From: a virus
Lineage: Duplodnaviria > Caudoviricetes
Length of the DNA stretch: 64,000 nt
Direction: 5' to 3' (one strand)
Virus record (IMG/VR): IMGVR_UViG_3300031998_000027
Span: 32,001 to 96,000 of that record
A model generated the notes under the pieces. That model was given only the letters and a program-made list of their open reading frames with translations. It was not told the DNA's origin and did no database searches. Made by a program: the position numbers and the translations under genes. Below are positions 25,874 to 37,900 of the stretch, one piece after another; position 1 is the stretch's first letter, and each line of letters starts with the position of its first letter.

Positions 25874-28800
25874 ATGGCTGATAAAAAGTTTAATATCACA
25901 TTTGATGTTGATGCTAATATTACGCCAGTAAAGAATGCGATAAGCGGGCTGCAAAGCGCACTTAGTAAGATTAATATACCCGAGAATTTTAAAAAGGGAT
26001 TAACAGATACTTTTACCAAATTAGATAATGAAATTAAGAATTTTGAGTCTATTGCTAGTAAGGGATTTACTAATCTTGCGGATGTCAATAAGGCCGAAAA
26101 GTCTTTTGATAGAGTTACAGATTTACTAAGTAAATTAAGAACTGAAGCTGCGCGATTAAAGGGAGTAGATCCAAACAAGTTATTACCGAAGGAAACGATT
26201 GATAAGACCAAAGCTTTACATTCTGAATGGGTTAAATTAAAGGCCGCGATGGATAAAGGTTTTGGTAATACTGCAGAAATTGCAAAGCAAAATCAAGAGT
26301 TAGATAAACAAAACAATAAATTAGAAGAACTTCAAGGTAAATATAATGACCTCGCCGCGGCGAATAAAACTATGGGTGCGAGAAGAGGAACTTTATCTCA
26401 ATCCTTAGATGCTGACACAAAAAAGGCTACAGAGCTTGTTGCAAGAATGCAAGAGCTTGAAAAAGTCAAAGGTGGTAACAGAACTGCTGAATATAAACAA
26501 TTAAGTGGCCAGTTGGAAGTTTTAAATGGTAGCATTAAGCGAAATCAAACTGAATATGATAACTTAGGTAAAAAAATTAATGAGAATAAAACAGCAATGG
26601 CTGGTTATTCTACTCAAATCACTTCAACTGGAAATACTATATCTCAGATTACTGCAACAATAGAACAGTTAAAATCTGCGGCGCAACAGACTCCTGAAGG
26701 TTTAAACCAGTTAAGAGAAAAACTCGCAGAGGTTAAAGGGGTTAATTTAAACGAAATTCCAACTGATATTGATGCAATTGGCAGAGAAATTCAAGATTTA
26801 AATGTTGATCAAGTTCGACAATTAACTCAGTCAATAGATGGATTAGAACCGCCATTAAAAGAAGCTACTAATGCCACTCAAGGCTTAGGCAATGCAATGG
26901 ACACAGCCTCTGGTCAAATGCGTGAAATGACCGCCAGAGAGAAAGAAATTGAACAACTTGCAAATCGAGTAAAGTATTTCTTCTCAATTGGTAATACTGT
27001 CCAACTTTTTAAACGAGCTGTTAAATCTGCTATTAATACAGTTAAAGAACTTGATGAAGTAATGACTCAAGCCGCTGTGGTTACTAAGTTTGATGTCAGT
27101 GGTATGTGGGCTCAATTACCTGAGTACACGAAGCGCGCGAATGAACTTGGTGTCACGGTTAAGGGTGTCTATGAAGCTTCAACTCTGTACTATCAACAGG
27201 GTCTTGAAACTGAGCAGGTTATTGGAGTTACAAATGAAACTCTGAAAATGGCTAAGATTGCTGGCCTTGACTATGCAACAGCAACTAACTATATGACTTC
27301 TGCCCTTCGTGGGTTCAACATGGAAGTTAATGAACTTTCTGCACAGAAAGTTAACGATATATATTCTCAGTTAGCGGCGAAGACGGCATCTAATGTCGAA
27401 GAAATTTCTATAGCTATGTCTAAAGTTGCTCCTCTGGCACATAATGCTGGTATGGAAATTGAGACAACTGCTGCAATGCTTGCTCAGATGATTGAGAAGA
27501 CTCGTGAAGCACCTGAGACTCTCGGTACTGCTATGAAAACTGTTATAGCACGCTTCCAAGAGTTAAAGAAAGACCCCGCGCTTATTGAGCCAGTTGATGG
27601 TGAAATGGTTGATGCTAATAAGGTTGAAACTGCACTTAATACAATTGGTGTTGCATTAAGAGATACAAGTGGCCAGTTTAGACAATTAGATGAGGTTTTT
27701 CTTGAGATTTCACAAAAATGGGATACTCTTGATGTTAATACACAAAGATATATAGCTACAATTGCGGCTGGTTCTCGTCAGCAATCTCGTTTTATTGCTA
27801 TGATGGCTGACTACGCAAGAACTACAGACCTTGTTAAATTAGCCAATAATTCAGCTGGAGCAAGTAGCGAACAGTTTGAAAAGACTCAAGCTTCATTAGC
27901 AACAGCTTTAAATAGATTAAAGAATGCTTGGGACCAGTTTGCAATGGGTCTGGCTAATAATGAAGTTATTAAAAAGGTTATAGATTTAATTACTGGATTT
28001 ATTAATATTGTTAATAAGGCTATTGATACGATTTCTCGTGGAAATAGTATCGTCAAGTCTATTCTTAATCTTGGTGCTTTATTGGGTGGAATTAAATTAG
28101 CAAAAGCTGCTTTTACTGGATTTTTTAATTGGTTACTAAAAGGAAGTAAATTAATTGGAGCTGAGGCTGGAGCCAGTTTTGGTGCGAATATTAGAAAATC
28201 ATTAAAATCATTAGAAAAGGCCTTTGCTAAAACAACTTGGGTTGGTCCAAACTTAACTGCAGCTAGAGTTGAGGTACAAAAATTAGCTGCGGCTGATTTA
28301 ACTACGGCAGATGCACAAGATAGATTATCTGCTGCGCAAGCAATATATAATAGGTTATTAAAGGAATCAATATCTGGTTTAACGTTGACTAATGCTCAAC
28401 AAGCCGCCGCTAATACGTTAATTGGTATGGGTGTTGATGAAACGTTAGCTCAAGCCGCTGCACTTAGCGGACTTACAAAAGAAGAAGTAGATGAAATTAT
28501 AACCAAGGGAATTAATAATAAAGAAACAGAAGAACAAATAACAGCAAGATTAGTTGAAGTTGCAACAATAAAAACAGAAGCCGGAGCAGAAGCTGGTTTA
28601 ATTACTACTCAAAAGATGGGTATTTTAACTAGATTAAAATATATAGGTCTTTTAATATTTGGTACTAGAAAACAAAGAGAAGACGCCTTTTCTAAATTAG
28701 GAATGGCTGGGGCGACTGCTACAGCCACAGCAGCTCAAGAAGCTTTTAATGCATCTCTTTATGCTTGTCCGATAGGCTGGATTATTGCTGGTATTTTAGC

Positions 28801-31800
28801 ATTAGTTGCTGCAATGACTATATTGGTAGTTCTTGTTGCTAAGAAATTTTCACTTACAGAAAAAATGAAAAATGCTGCAAAAGAAACCGATGCGGCAAAA
28901 GAGTCTGCTAATGAAGCCAAGCAAGCATATGATGATCTTTTAGGTGATAATGAAAAATATGATGAATTACAAAAGACTTTAGAAGATTTAACATATGGTA
29001 CTATAGAATGGAAACAAGCTTTAGTTGAAGTAAATAATCAGGTTTTAGAATTAATTAATAAATATCCAGCTTTAATTAAGTTTTTAGAAAGGGGCCAATT
29101 TGGACAGTTACAAATTAGTGAGGCTGGTTGGGATCAATTAATTAAAGAGCAAGAAAATACTATGTTAAATACTCAAGGAGCTTTAACTCTTGCTCGTAGC
29201 AAGGAATTTGAATATCAAGCCCAAAAAGCTTTACAAGATGCCAAATCATTAGCTATTTATACTTCATCTACTGTTACTGGAGGAAATGCTCCTGTTGCCT
29301 CTTATACTAGCATTTTTGATGAAGATACTTTTAATTATGTTAAAAAATTAGTAGATGAAGGTCAAGTTAAAGATTTTGCGGATTCTGTAAAAAATGCCGG
29401 AATTGCTAGTCTTTTATCTGCTGAAGAAATTGAAGATTTAGGACAAGCTTTAATTAATTATAGAAATGTCGTAATTGATACAAATAATAAAATAAATAGT
29501 AGTTTAGAAGCTTTCTTTATAACTGCTATCTCTGCTGATAAAAGCACTCTTTTAGGTGGATCTGCTGGTAATATAGCACACGCTTTTAGTAAAAAATATT
29601 CTACAAATAATGAAAGGAGTATTCAAGAAAAATCTGAAAGTATTTATAAAGATGATGGTTACGCAGAATTTCGTCATAATGAATATTTCCAACAATTAGC
29701 GGCGAAGTATGATGTTTCTGCTCAAATGGTTGGTAAAGATCTTGAAGATTTGCAGACATTATATAAAGCAGTAAAAGGAGTAGAGACCATACCTCAAGAA
29801 ATAGAAAAAAATAAACGAGCGCTTGCTAATGCAATAGCAGAAGTAGAATTATCAGAGGTATATACAGAAGCTATTAATAAATTTACAGATCAATTTATAA
29901 CCTTATCTAATAATGAGCAAGAAATTTTAAACCTTGTAATGTCTGAGGGTTTAAATTATATAGATAAAAATCCTGAGTATTTAGGAGATTTTTATAAAAA
30001 GAATCAAGAATTATTGGATCAGTTATATGGAAGTAAAGAGGGTTTTGTTCATGCATGGACCGAAGCGGTAGAAAATGGAAAACAGGAAATTGCAGAAGCA
30101 AAAGCAAAACTAATTGATACTGGTATTTTACCAAATGCAGATGAATTATTTGGAAAAGGATTAGATGCTGGCGCGATTTCTGGTCTTTCAGAAAATTTAA
30201 TAAAAGTTTTTGAAGTATCTGGTACTGAAGCTGCTTCTACTTTAGCTAATTCTATTCAAGATATAGTAAATCAAATTAGTAATCCAGAAGATGCTGCGAA
30301 ATTTGCAACAGTATTAAACAGTATTGATTGGTCAAAAACCGAACAAATTGAAGGATTAAGCGATAGTTTAAAAGAATTAATTACTTCTACGGACCTTTCT
30401 GAAGAGGACTTAAATGAATTAGAAAATCAAATGATTCTTCTTGCTAAAGCTACTAGGACAGTTGATTTAGAAAAAGTTGCTGATCAAATAAAATCATTAA
30501 GTAAAATTCAATATAATATTAAAAATGGCGAACAAAAGGGGACTTTTTCAGAAGAAGATTATAAAACTTTAATTGATGCTGGAGTTGCTAGCGCAGGAGA
30601 TTTTGTTTACAATTTAGCAACCGATTCTTGGGATTATATTGGCGGCTCAATGGAAGAGCTAAATATTGCATTAGATAATAACACAAAGGCTTTATTAGGA
30701 CAAGAAGATTTAGAGCGTGGTATTGAAATATCTAAGGCGGCAAGGCAAACTATTGAAGAAGTAGATACTGTTAATTTTAGTGATGCCACTAGCTTAGGAA
30801 ACGCTTTAGGGACATTTTTAGAAAAAACTGGAGGGAATAATGGAATTGTCTCCGAAGATTGGTTAAAATATAATCAAGGAGATGTCGATGCATTAGCTGA
30901 AAAATGGCGTGAAGTGGTTGGCGAAGCTGTTATGCTTGAAGACAGAGAAAATAAACTTTCTGATGTCATAAGAACAGGTGAGGTAACTCGCGCGCAGAAT
31001 AATAGTATTTCTTCTAATGTTACTAGAGCAATGGAAGCTACTGGTGGAACATTATCAGTTGAAAAAACTCCTATGATATTTGGTGCAAGTGAATATACTG
31101 ATGCATTATTGGCACAAGGGAAGGCTTTAGAAGTAGACCAAGAACTTCTTGACAAATTTAATAATAGTTTAAAGGAAGGACAATGGAGCTATGCAGGTCT
31201 TTATGCGCAACAAATAGCTAATATTGCCGCGACTTATGAAGAAGCAAAAGCAAATGAAATTGATATTGAAAGTGTTAAACAGCTTGCTGATTATTACATA
31301 AAAAATGGGACTCTTACTGAAGAACAAATTGATGAAGCAAATAAATTAGCTTTGGCTATTTTAAAACAAAAACAAGGTCTTGAATCTTTATCAGATAGTT
31401 ATGAAACTTGGTCTAATAATATTCGTACTATGGATAAAAATTCTGATGAATATCGGGATTCTGTAGAAGGTATGCGGAAGGCTATTAAACAATTAACTAA
31501 TACTTCTAAAGACTTATCAGATGAATTTTTAACTAACGAAGATACCCTACAAATGGTTCAAGATGTGTTAGATGGAACAGAGGGTTCTGTTGAAAAATTA
31601 CAAAAAGCTATTGGGCAAAATTTTCTTGATGGCTTAACTTTTAGCGGAGACCCGCAAGCTCTAATAGACGGTATTTTAGCCTATAATCCTGAAATTGAAA
31701 TTGGAACTACCATTAATAATAATGAATTTTTAAACGGCTTATATGATATGATGATAGATGCTGATGCTACTGTTGCGCAAATTCAAGATTTGTTTAATGC

Positions 31801-33814
31801 ATTAGGATGGGATCCAGAGTTTCAACAAGTTCCAATTCAATCTGATGCAGTACAAGATCAATTAATTGAGTATCAAGATCCTTTTACTGGTGAGACAAAA
31901 ACTTATAAAGTTAGTGCTGAAGAAGCCGCAGCTGGATACATAACAGTTCCTACTCCAAAAGGTAAATCGCATAATTTTACTAAAACTGGTTTTGATGCAA
32001 AGTCTCTTGCGTCTACTTTGAATGGAGGCGGAAGTTCTAAAAGTGGCGGAGGTGGAGGAAGTAATCCCGAATGGGAGAACCCATATGACAGACTTTATAA
32101 TTATCTTAAAGAAATAAATGGTCAGCTCCGCATCCGTGAGCAGCTTGAAAAGCGTTATCAACGTCTTCTTAATACCCATGCTGAAACTGGTAAACTTCTT
32201 AAAGAAAATATAGATAATCAGATTGCTTCTCTTCAAGAACAAAATCGTTTACAAAAAATTATTAGTGATGAGCGTTTAAAGGATATAAGAAAAATTCAAG
32301 CTGAAAATACTGACCTTAATAAATATGCCTATTTTGATGAAACGATTGGAGTTGGCGGCGAAGTTCAAATTGATTGGGATTTAATTAATGAAGTCGACGC
32401 TGCAAACGACGAAGAGCTTGGAAAACGCATTGAAGACTATATCAGCAAAATGGAAGAATGGGCAGACTCGCGCCATGAAGCCATTGATGCAATTGAAGAT
32501 AATACTGATGCAATTATTGAGTTGCGCGAGACTGGCAAAGAAGAATATAAAGATCTTGAAGACCGCGCGCTTGACGCTATTATTAATCATCAACAAAAAA
32601 TAATTGATGAGCAAGAAAAACTCAATGACGCAATTACTGAAGCTAATGAAGCTTTAACTGATGCAATTTCTAAAAACATTGAGAAAATTCGCCAAGACCG
32701 TCAAAACCAAGAAACTGAGACTTCTCTTGCTGAGAAAGAGCGTCGTTTAGCTTATCTGCGTCAAGATACAACAGGTTCTAATGCAGTAGAAATCAAAAAG
32801 TTAGAACAAGACCTTGAGAAAGAGCGTCAAAACTACACCGATAGTTTAATTGACCAGTCTCTTAATGACCTAAAAGAACAAAATGATGCGGCCGCGAAGC
32901 AACGTGAGAAACAAATTGAATTAATGCAGTCACAACTTGATTGGCAAACTGAAACTGGTTATTATGTAAATCAAGTTACTGAAATGGTTCAGAAGATGGT
33001 TGCTAAAGGTATAATTGATGAAACTGACCCATTATATGCATTACTTCAAGAAAATGAAGCTTATTATGAAAAGACTAATGCTTCTCGTCAAGAGTGGTTT
33101 GAAGAATTGAAGAAAACAATTGCAGAAGCTTATGTCTATCAAGAAAATGGCGGCACTGATAATGGTGGCGGCATTATGAGCAATATGCTTACAGTTGCCG
33201 AGGCACAAGATTTAGCTACTTTTGCTGGGCTTGAACAGCAAAGGAATGAAAAAATCCGCTCTCAAGGTTTACAAGATGAATGGCCAGAGACTCGCATGGT
33301 CCAAAATTATAATAACGGTAAACAACAAAATATTGATACAGTAAATTCAAACTATATGCAAGATATGATAAATTCTGCGAATAGTGGTAATTGGGCTGAA
33401 GTTTTTAAATATGCTGGAATGCGAGATACAAAAATTGGAAATGATACAACAGAATCTTTCTGGGAAGCTTTTAGAATGTGGTATAATGCAGGTCAACGCT
33501 GGAGCCAATATGCGTCTGGTGGTTTAGCTGATTATACTGGTCCTGCTTGGCTTGATGGCACAAAAACTCGACCTGAAATGGTTCTCAACGCGCGCGATAC
33601 TCAAAACTTCCTTGAGTTGAGAGACCTCTTAAGTACAATGGCAAGCTCTGGTACAGGTAATAGTTCTGTTGGTAACTTCTATTGTGACATTGATATTAAT
33701 GTTGGAGAAGTTAGTAGTGACTATGATGTTGACCGCATAGCGGCGCGCATTAAACAATCTATTTATGAAGACACAACCTATAGAAACGTTAATGCAATTA
33801 ATTTCTTAAAATAA
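25874..33814 (+). CDS. Tail tape measure protein (about 2646 aa)
   Basis: TP901-type core (YYQQG, TLKMA, GTAMKTVIAR, AGSRQQSRF), coiled coils, C-terminal YASGG...GPAWLDGT..PE. Confidence 0.92.
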   Translation: MADKKFNITFDVDANITPVKNAISGLQSALSKINIPENFKKGLTDTFTKLDNEIKNFESIASKGFTNLADVNKAEKSFDRVTDLLSKLRTEAARLKGVDPNKLLPKETIDKTKALHSEWVKLKAAMDKGFGNTAEIAKQNQELDKQNNKLEELQGKYNDLAAANKTMGARRGTLSQSLDADTKKATELVARMQELEKVKGGNRTAEYKQLSGQLEVLNGSIKRNQTEYDNLGKKINENKTAMAGYSTQITSTGNTISQITATIEQLKSAAQQTPEGLNQLREKLAEVKGVNLNEIPTDIDAIGREIQDLNVDQVRQLTQSIDGLEPPLKEATNATQGLGNAMDTASGQMREMTAREKEIEQLANRVKYFFSIGNTVQLFKRAVKSAINTVKELDEVMTQAAVVTKFDVSGMWAQLPEYTKRANELGVTVKGVYEASTLYYQQGLETEQVIGVTNETLKMAKIAGLDYATATNYMTSALRGFNMEVNELSAQKVNDIYSQLAAKTASNVEEISIAMSKVAPLAHNAGMEIETTAAMLAQMIEKTREAPETLGTAMKTVIARFQELKKDPALIEPVDGEMVDANKVETALNTIGVALRDTSGQFRQLDEVFLEISQKWDTLDVNTQRYIATIAAGSRQQSRFIAMMADYARTTDLVKLANNSAGASSEQFEKTQASLATALNRLKNAWDQFAMGLANNEVIKKVIDLITGFINIVNKAIDTISRGNSIVKSILNLGALLGGIKLAKAAFTGFFNWLLKGSKLIGAEAGASFGANIRKSLKSLEKAFAKTTWVGPNLTAARVEVQKLAAADLTTADAQDRLSAAQAIYNRLLKESISGLTLTNAQQAAANTLIGMGVDETLAQAAALSGLTKEEVDEIITKGINNKETEEQITARLVEVATIKTEAGAEAGLITTQKMGILTRLKYIGLLIFGTRKQREDAFSKLGMAGATATATAAQEAFNASLYACPIGWIIAGILALVAAMTILVVLVAKKFSLTEKMKNAAKETDAAKESANEAKQAYDDLLGDNEKYDELQKTLEDLTYGTIEWKQALVEVNNQVLELINKYPALIKFLERGQFGQLQISEAGWDQLIKEQENTMLNTQGALTLARSKEFEYQAQKALQDAKSLAIYTSSTVTGGNAPVASYTSIFDEDTFNYVKKLVDEGQVKDFADSVKNAGIASLLSAEEIEDLGQALINYRNVVIDTNNKINSSLEAFFITAISADKSTLLGGSAGNIAHAFSKKYSTNNERSIQEKSESIYKDDGYAEFRHNEYFQQLAAKYDVSAQMVGKDLEDLQTLYKAVKGVETIPQEIEKNKRALANAIAEVELSEVYTEAINKFTDQFITLSNNEQEILNLVMSEGLNYIDKNPEYLGDFYKKNQELLDQLYGSKEGFVHAWTEAVENGKQEIAEAKAKLIDTGILPNADELFGKGLDAGAISGLSENLIKVFEVSGTEAASTLANSIQDIVNQISNPEDAAKFATVLNSIDWSKTEQIEGLSDSLKELITSTDLSEEDLNELENQMILLAKATRTVDLEKVADQIKSLSKIQYNIKNGEQKGTFSEEDYKTLIDAGVASAGDFVYNLATDSWDYIGGSMEELNIALDNNTKALLGQEDLERGIEISKAARQTIEEVDTVNFSDATSLGNALGTFLEKTGGNNGIVSEDWLKYNQGDVDALAEKWREVVGEAVMLEDRENKLSDVIRTGEVTRAQNNSISSNVTRAMEATGGTLSVEKTPMIFGASEYTDALLAQGKALEVDQELLDKFNNSLKEGQWSYAGLYAQQIANIAATYEEAKANEIDIESVKQLADYYIKNGTLTEEQIDEANKLALAILKQKQGLESLSDSYETWSNNIRTMDKNSDEYRDSVEGMRKAIKQLTNTSKDLSDEFLTNEDTLQMVQDVLDGTEGSVEKLQKAIGQNFLDGLTFSGDPQALIDGILAYNPEIEIGTTINNNEFLNGLYDMMIDADATVAQIQDLFNALGWDPEFQQVPIQSDAVQDQLIEYQDPFTGETKTYKVSAEEAAAGYITVPTPKGKSHNFTKTGFDAKSLASTLNGGGSSKSGGGGGSNPEWENPYDRLYNYLKEINGQLRIREQLEKRYQRLLNTHAETGKLLKENIDNQIASLQEQNRLQKIISDERLKDIRKIQAENTDLNKYAYFDETIGVGGEVQIDWDLINEVDAANDEELGKRIEDYISKMEEWADSRHEAIDAIEDNTDAIIELRETGKEEYKDLEDRALDAIINHQQKIIDEQEKLNDAITEANEALTDAISKNIEKIRQDRQNQETETSLAEKERRLAYLRQDTTGSNAVEIKKLEQDLEKERQNYTDSLIDQSLNDLKEQNDAAAKQREKQIELMQSQLDWQTETGYYVNQVTEMVQKMVAKGIIDETDPLYALLQENEAYYEKTNASRQEWFEELKKTIAEAYVYQENGGTDNGGGIMSNMLTVAEAQDLATFAGLEQQRNEKIRSQGLQDEWPETRMVQNYNNGKQQNIDTVNSNYMQDMINSANSGNWAEVFKYAGMRDTKIGNDTTESFWEAFRMWYNAGQRWSQYASGGLADYTGPAWLDGTKTRPEMVLNARDTQNFLELRDLLSTMASSGTGNSSVGNFYCDIDINVGEVSSDYDVDRIAARIKQSIYEDTTYRNVNAINFLK

Positions 33815-33868
33815 TTGAAAGTTGGTAGGCGGCTTCGTGCCGCCTACCTCCTAAAAGGAGTTGAAAAA

Positions 33869-34933
33869 ATGAGTGCGCTAAAAGGAGATTTTATTGGTTT
33901 TACCTTTAATGGAATTCACTCAAGTGAACTTGGGTTAATTAGAGTTAGTGGAGGTAGTCGCTACGATGAAAATCTACTCCCGACTATTCAAGACAAAACC
34001 GTCCAAGTACCCGGCGCTGACGGCACCTATTATTATGGAAGCTATTTTACTCAGCGGCCTATTAATATTTCTGTTGCTTTTGATAATTTGAGTGAGGAAC
34101 AGTTTCATAGGATTAGAACGGTTTTTGGCGACAAGAAAATTCACGATTTAATTTTTGATGAAACTCCTTATAAGGTTTATCGGGTTAAGGCCACAGGCAC
34201 GCCTAATTTGAAATATGTGTGCTTTGATAAGGAACCTGATGAATTAGATAGGGATTATAATAGAGAGAAGATAATAAAGTCAAAACAGGACTTATATGGT
34301 ATTGGCGCGAGGTCACCTTATGGTAGGGTTTATAAGGGTGAAGGGCAGTTAAATTTTGTTTGCTATTCACCTTTCGCGCGGAGCAGATTTAAGTATATTG
34401 ACCAATATACTATTGATAATATACCCGAATGGGGTTCTATGGATACAATTTCAGCTAATGATGTACATTATAACTTATATGATTGGGTTGATAGCGCGGG
34501 ACTGAAGCTGTCTAATGCGGCGGTCAATGGGAAGGTTATCGACCAAGTTACTAGTGAAGGAGTTATGTATTATAATCCAGGAGATAGGCCGACGGATTTT
34601 ATTCTTAAATTTGTTATAGGACAAAATGAAAGTTTTAGCGGTATTACAATTAATGAAGCAATAAGTGATAAATTTATTACTATTGCACCGTTTTCATTAA
34701 TTAATGATGATATTGGTTTTCAAATTAACACAAAATTAAATTTAATTGAGGGATTAAAAGAAATTACTGGTTCAGACCATCAATATGAAGTTTCTGGAAT
34801 TATTTATAATCAATATATTGAAGAAGGAGACTTTTTTAAGCTGCCAATAGTAGAAGATTTAAAATGGCTTTCTTTTGATGATGATATAAGTTTTACTTCT
34901 GCTTCAATTGAGTACAATTATCTCTACTTCTAA
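33869..34933 (+). CDS. Distal tail protein (Dit)
   Basis: FTFNGIHSSELG, VPGADG, LIFDETPYK; follows the TMP. Confidence 0.8.
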   Translation: MSALKGDFIGFTFNGIHSSELGLIRVSGGSRYDENLLPTIQDKTVQVPGADGTYYYGSYFTQRPINISVAFDNLSEEQFHRIRTVFGDKKIHDLIFDETPYKVYRVKATGTPNLKYVCFDKEPDELDRDYNREKIIKSKQDLYGIGARSPYGRVYKGEGQLNFVCYSPFARSRFKYIDQYTIDNIPEWGSMDTISANDVHYNLYDWVDSAGLKLSNAAVNGKVIDQVTSEGVMYYNPGDRPTDFILKFVIGQNESFSGITINEAISDKFITIAPFSLINDDIGFQINTKLNLIEGLKEITGSDHQYEVSGIIYNQYIEEGDFFKLPIVEDLKWLSFDDDISFTSASIEYNYLYF

Positions 34934-34945
34934 GGAGGGCTTACA

Positions 34946-37900
34946 ATGGATGAATTAAAAAAACCTTATAAAATAACCCTCTGGGAAGATAAACCTCAAT
35001 ATACTTATGACCAGCAAGACAATGTAAAAAATCAATGGTTAGAAGAAGTTTGTATTGCGACGATTGGCTCTAATACAATGGATACACCAATTCGCGCCTT
35101 CAACCCAATTTTAACAGAGGATTTAAATGGAAGTAAAACCTTTACTTTTACAACTTATTATCGTTATTGGGATGATGAAGCTGAAGACTTCAAAATAAAT
35201 CCTTTTACAAACCTTCTTGTAAACGAAAGAAAAGTTAAGCTTAAATATGATGACCAATGGTATGACTTCGTCATAAAACAAGTTCAAGAAAACTCTGAAA
35301 CTAATACATTTACTTATACTTGTAAAGATTTGTTTGTAAATGAGCTTGGTAAGACGGGTTATGATGTGGAATTAAATGTTGAACTTCAAAATAATATGGG
35401 TACTGTTACCGAATTAGGTAAAGCCATATTAGACGGTTCAACTTGGACCGTTGATGAAGTAAATTCAGATACTCTGCGGCAGTATAATAAGGAAAGTTTA
35501 TATATAATTCAGATTGCTAGTTCTCAGACTACAACTGATATGTTAGATGATAATACTACGATTACAATTCCTGCGGATACTCCTCTTTATGTTTTCTATT
35601 CTTGTGTTATTAATAAAGAGGCGCCAGGTCAAATATTGTGGGTTGATGGAGAGCCTAAAATTGACGACCAAGGCTTTATTACTAATGGAATTAACTGTAA
35701 GATAAGTATATCAAATGAAGCTTATGAAGCAGCAGTGCCTGCGACTTATTTTGGTAGTAAATTAATTCAAAAACAACAATCAAAGTTCTATCCACAAATA
35801 GAAGAAACCTGTTATCTTTGGGAAAAAGATGGTTCTCAATATTATGCTTATACTGAAACTGAATATACCTCATCTGCGGAAATTCAGCAACTTTTAAGTA
35901 ATAATAGTGATTTTATGACTACTAATGGTTGGTCAAGAGATGTGGATAGTGGCTCAACTGTTATGCTTGGAACGATTGAGTTTGGAAATACTTTCCATCA
36001 ATCAATTCATTTTGCGGCAGGCCCTGGAAATACAAGCTATGTACATAATAGTGGATTTTATGATAATCGCGCACAATTTTCACCAGGTGGTACAGTTCAA
36101 GGAGAGCCTTTTATTTTAGCAGTTAAGACTAATAATAATAGTTTAATTAGTGGTGCTACTGTTGTAGCATTACATAAAGATGATGCAAGTAACAATAAGA
36201 GTTTGTTTACTTTTTCTACTACTATATTACCGGATACTGATACAGGACTATTAAAATTAGATGAAGATGGCTATAAGATTTTTAGAGCGGCTTGTGCTAA
36301 TTCAATTGCTTATCAATCTTTAGTAAATGAATATGGAAATATTGATTTTAAGCTTGCGTTTACTGCCGATGTAGATTTAATTGATATAAAAGTCTTCAAA
36401 CAAAGATATGATAGTGAAGGAAATACAATTATACCAGATATGGATAATATTTCCTATACACAAATTAATAATCCAACTGGTAATCCTCAAACTCAAGGCT
36501 GGTATGAAGACGGCGCGAATGGAGTTAAAGTTCCAACAACAGATACCTCTGTTGTAGAAGGAAAGGTTTATTATTCTGGTGCGACTAATTCTATTATAAG
36601 AGTTTATTACAATATGTTCCCCTCTAACACGAACTTTGATGAGGTTTATGGGAAAGAAGATTTAGAAATTATTGCTAGAGTTGAAGGTCCAGATGGTTAT
36701 ACTCCTGTTCTTTCTACAAATTATGAAAAGGTTACAAGCATAACCGGCGCAAAATCAAATCGTTTTAATTTAATCCAAAATTGTTGTGAAGCTTTTGAGT
36801 GTTGGGCAAAATTTGTAATTGAACATGATTCAAAGGGTAGAGCGGTTTATGAATATGTGCCTTTGGCTGAACAAGAATTTGAACTTGGCGGCCGGTACTA
36901 TCAACGTACGGACGGACAGTCCGGCGCATCCTCAGACGATAGCAAGTTCCAAATTTATACTGGAGAGACATATGTTAGCGGACTTTATAAGAAGGTTTAT
37001 CATAAATATGTAGTCTTTAAAGAGTTTATTGGTCAAGATAATCCTGTTGGGTTCCGTTATGGGATTAACCTTAAATCAATTACGCGGCAGTTAGTTTCTG
37101 ACCAAATTGCCACAAAAGTTATTGTTCAGGCTGCGGCTAACGACTTGGCGCCAAATGGAGTTTGTACTATTCAGCAAGCCAATCTTAATCCAACTGGTGA
37201 AAATGCATTATATAACTTCCAATATTTTATCAACCATGAATTAATAGATAAGGACAGTCTATATGATGATTTATATGGTACTAATGGCGGCATTGGTTTA
37301 TTTACAAGACTCCATCAGTTAAATTCTCAGTCTAGACCAATAATTGAAGAGCTTGCAAAGATTGGCGCAGACCTTAATACGCTTGAAAGTAGAGATACTG
37401 TTTATACAACGCTTTTAACTGAGGCAGAAAATAAGAGACAAGATATTATTAATGAGTTAAGTGCGGCCGGCTATAGTGACGATACAATAATGAGCGGCGG
37501 TGAGTATATAACAAAATTACGCAATCAGCGTGATAGTTATACTTCTACAATTACTCACTATACTCAACTTAAACAAGAAATTGCTAACCTTCTTTATTCA
37601 ACTCGCAACACTTATCAAGCAAAAGTTCGTTTACTTAATAAAATTATGGAACAGAAAACCGCGATTAATAATGAGTTCCATAGTAAATATTCACAGTTCA
37701 TTCAAGAAGGGACTTGGACTTCTAATGATTACTATGACCCGAACTTATATTTTGATGCAGCAAATATGGTTTCATTTACTTCCGCTTTTCCACAAGTTTC
37801 TTATACAATTAATGTAATAGAGATTAGTGAGATTGAAGGATTTGAACCTTATAAGTTTAAGATTGGTGATAAGACTTATGTAGAAGATATTGAGTTCTTT

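Noticed and set aside
33824-33848. Terminator after the tape measure gene
   Set aside because: Strong hairpin (GGTAGGCGGC/GCCGCCTACC) but no U-tract; more likely a stability or processing element.
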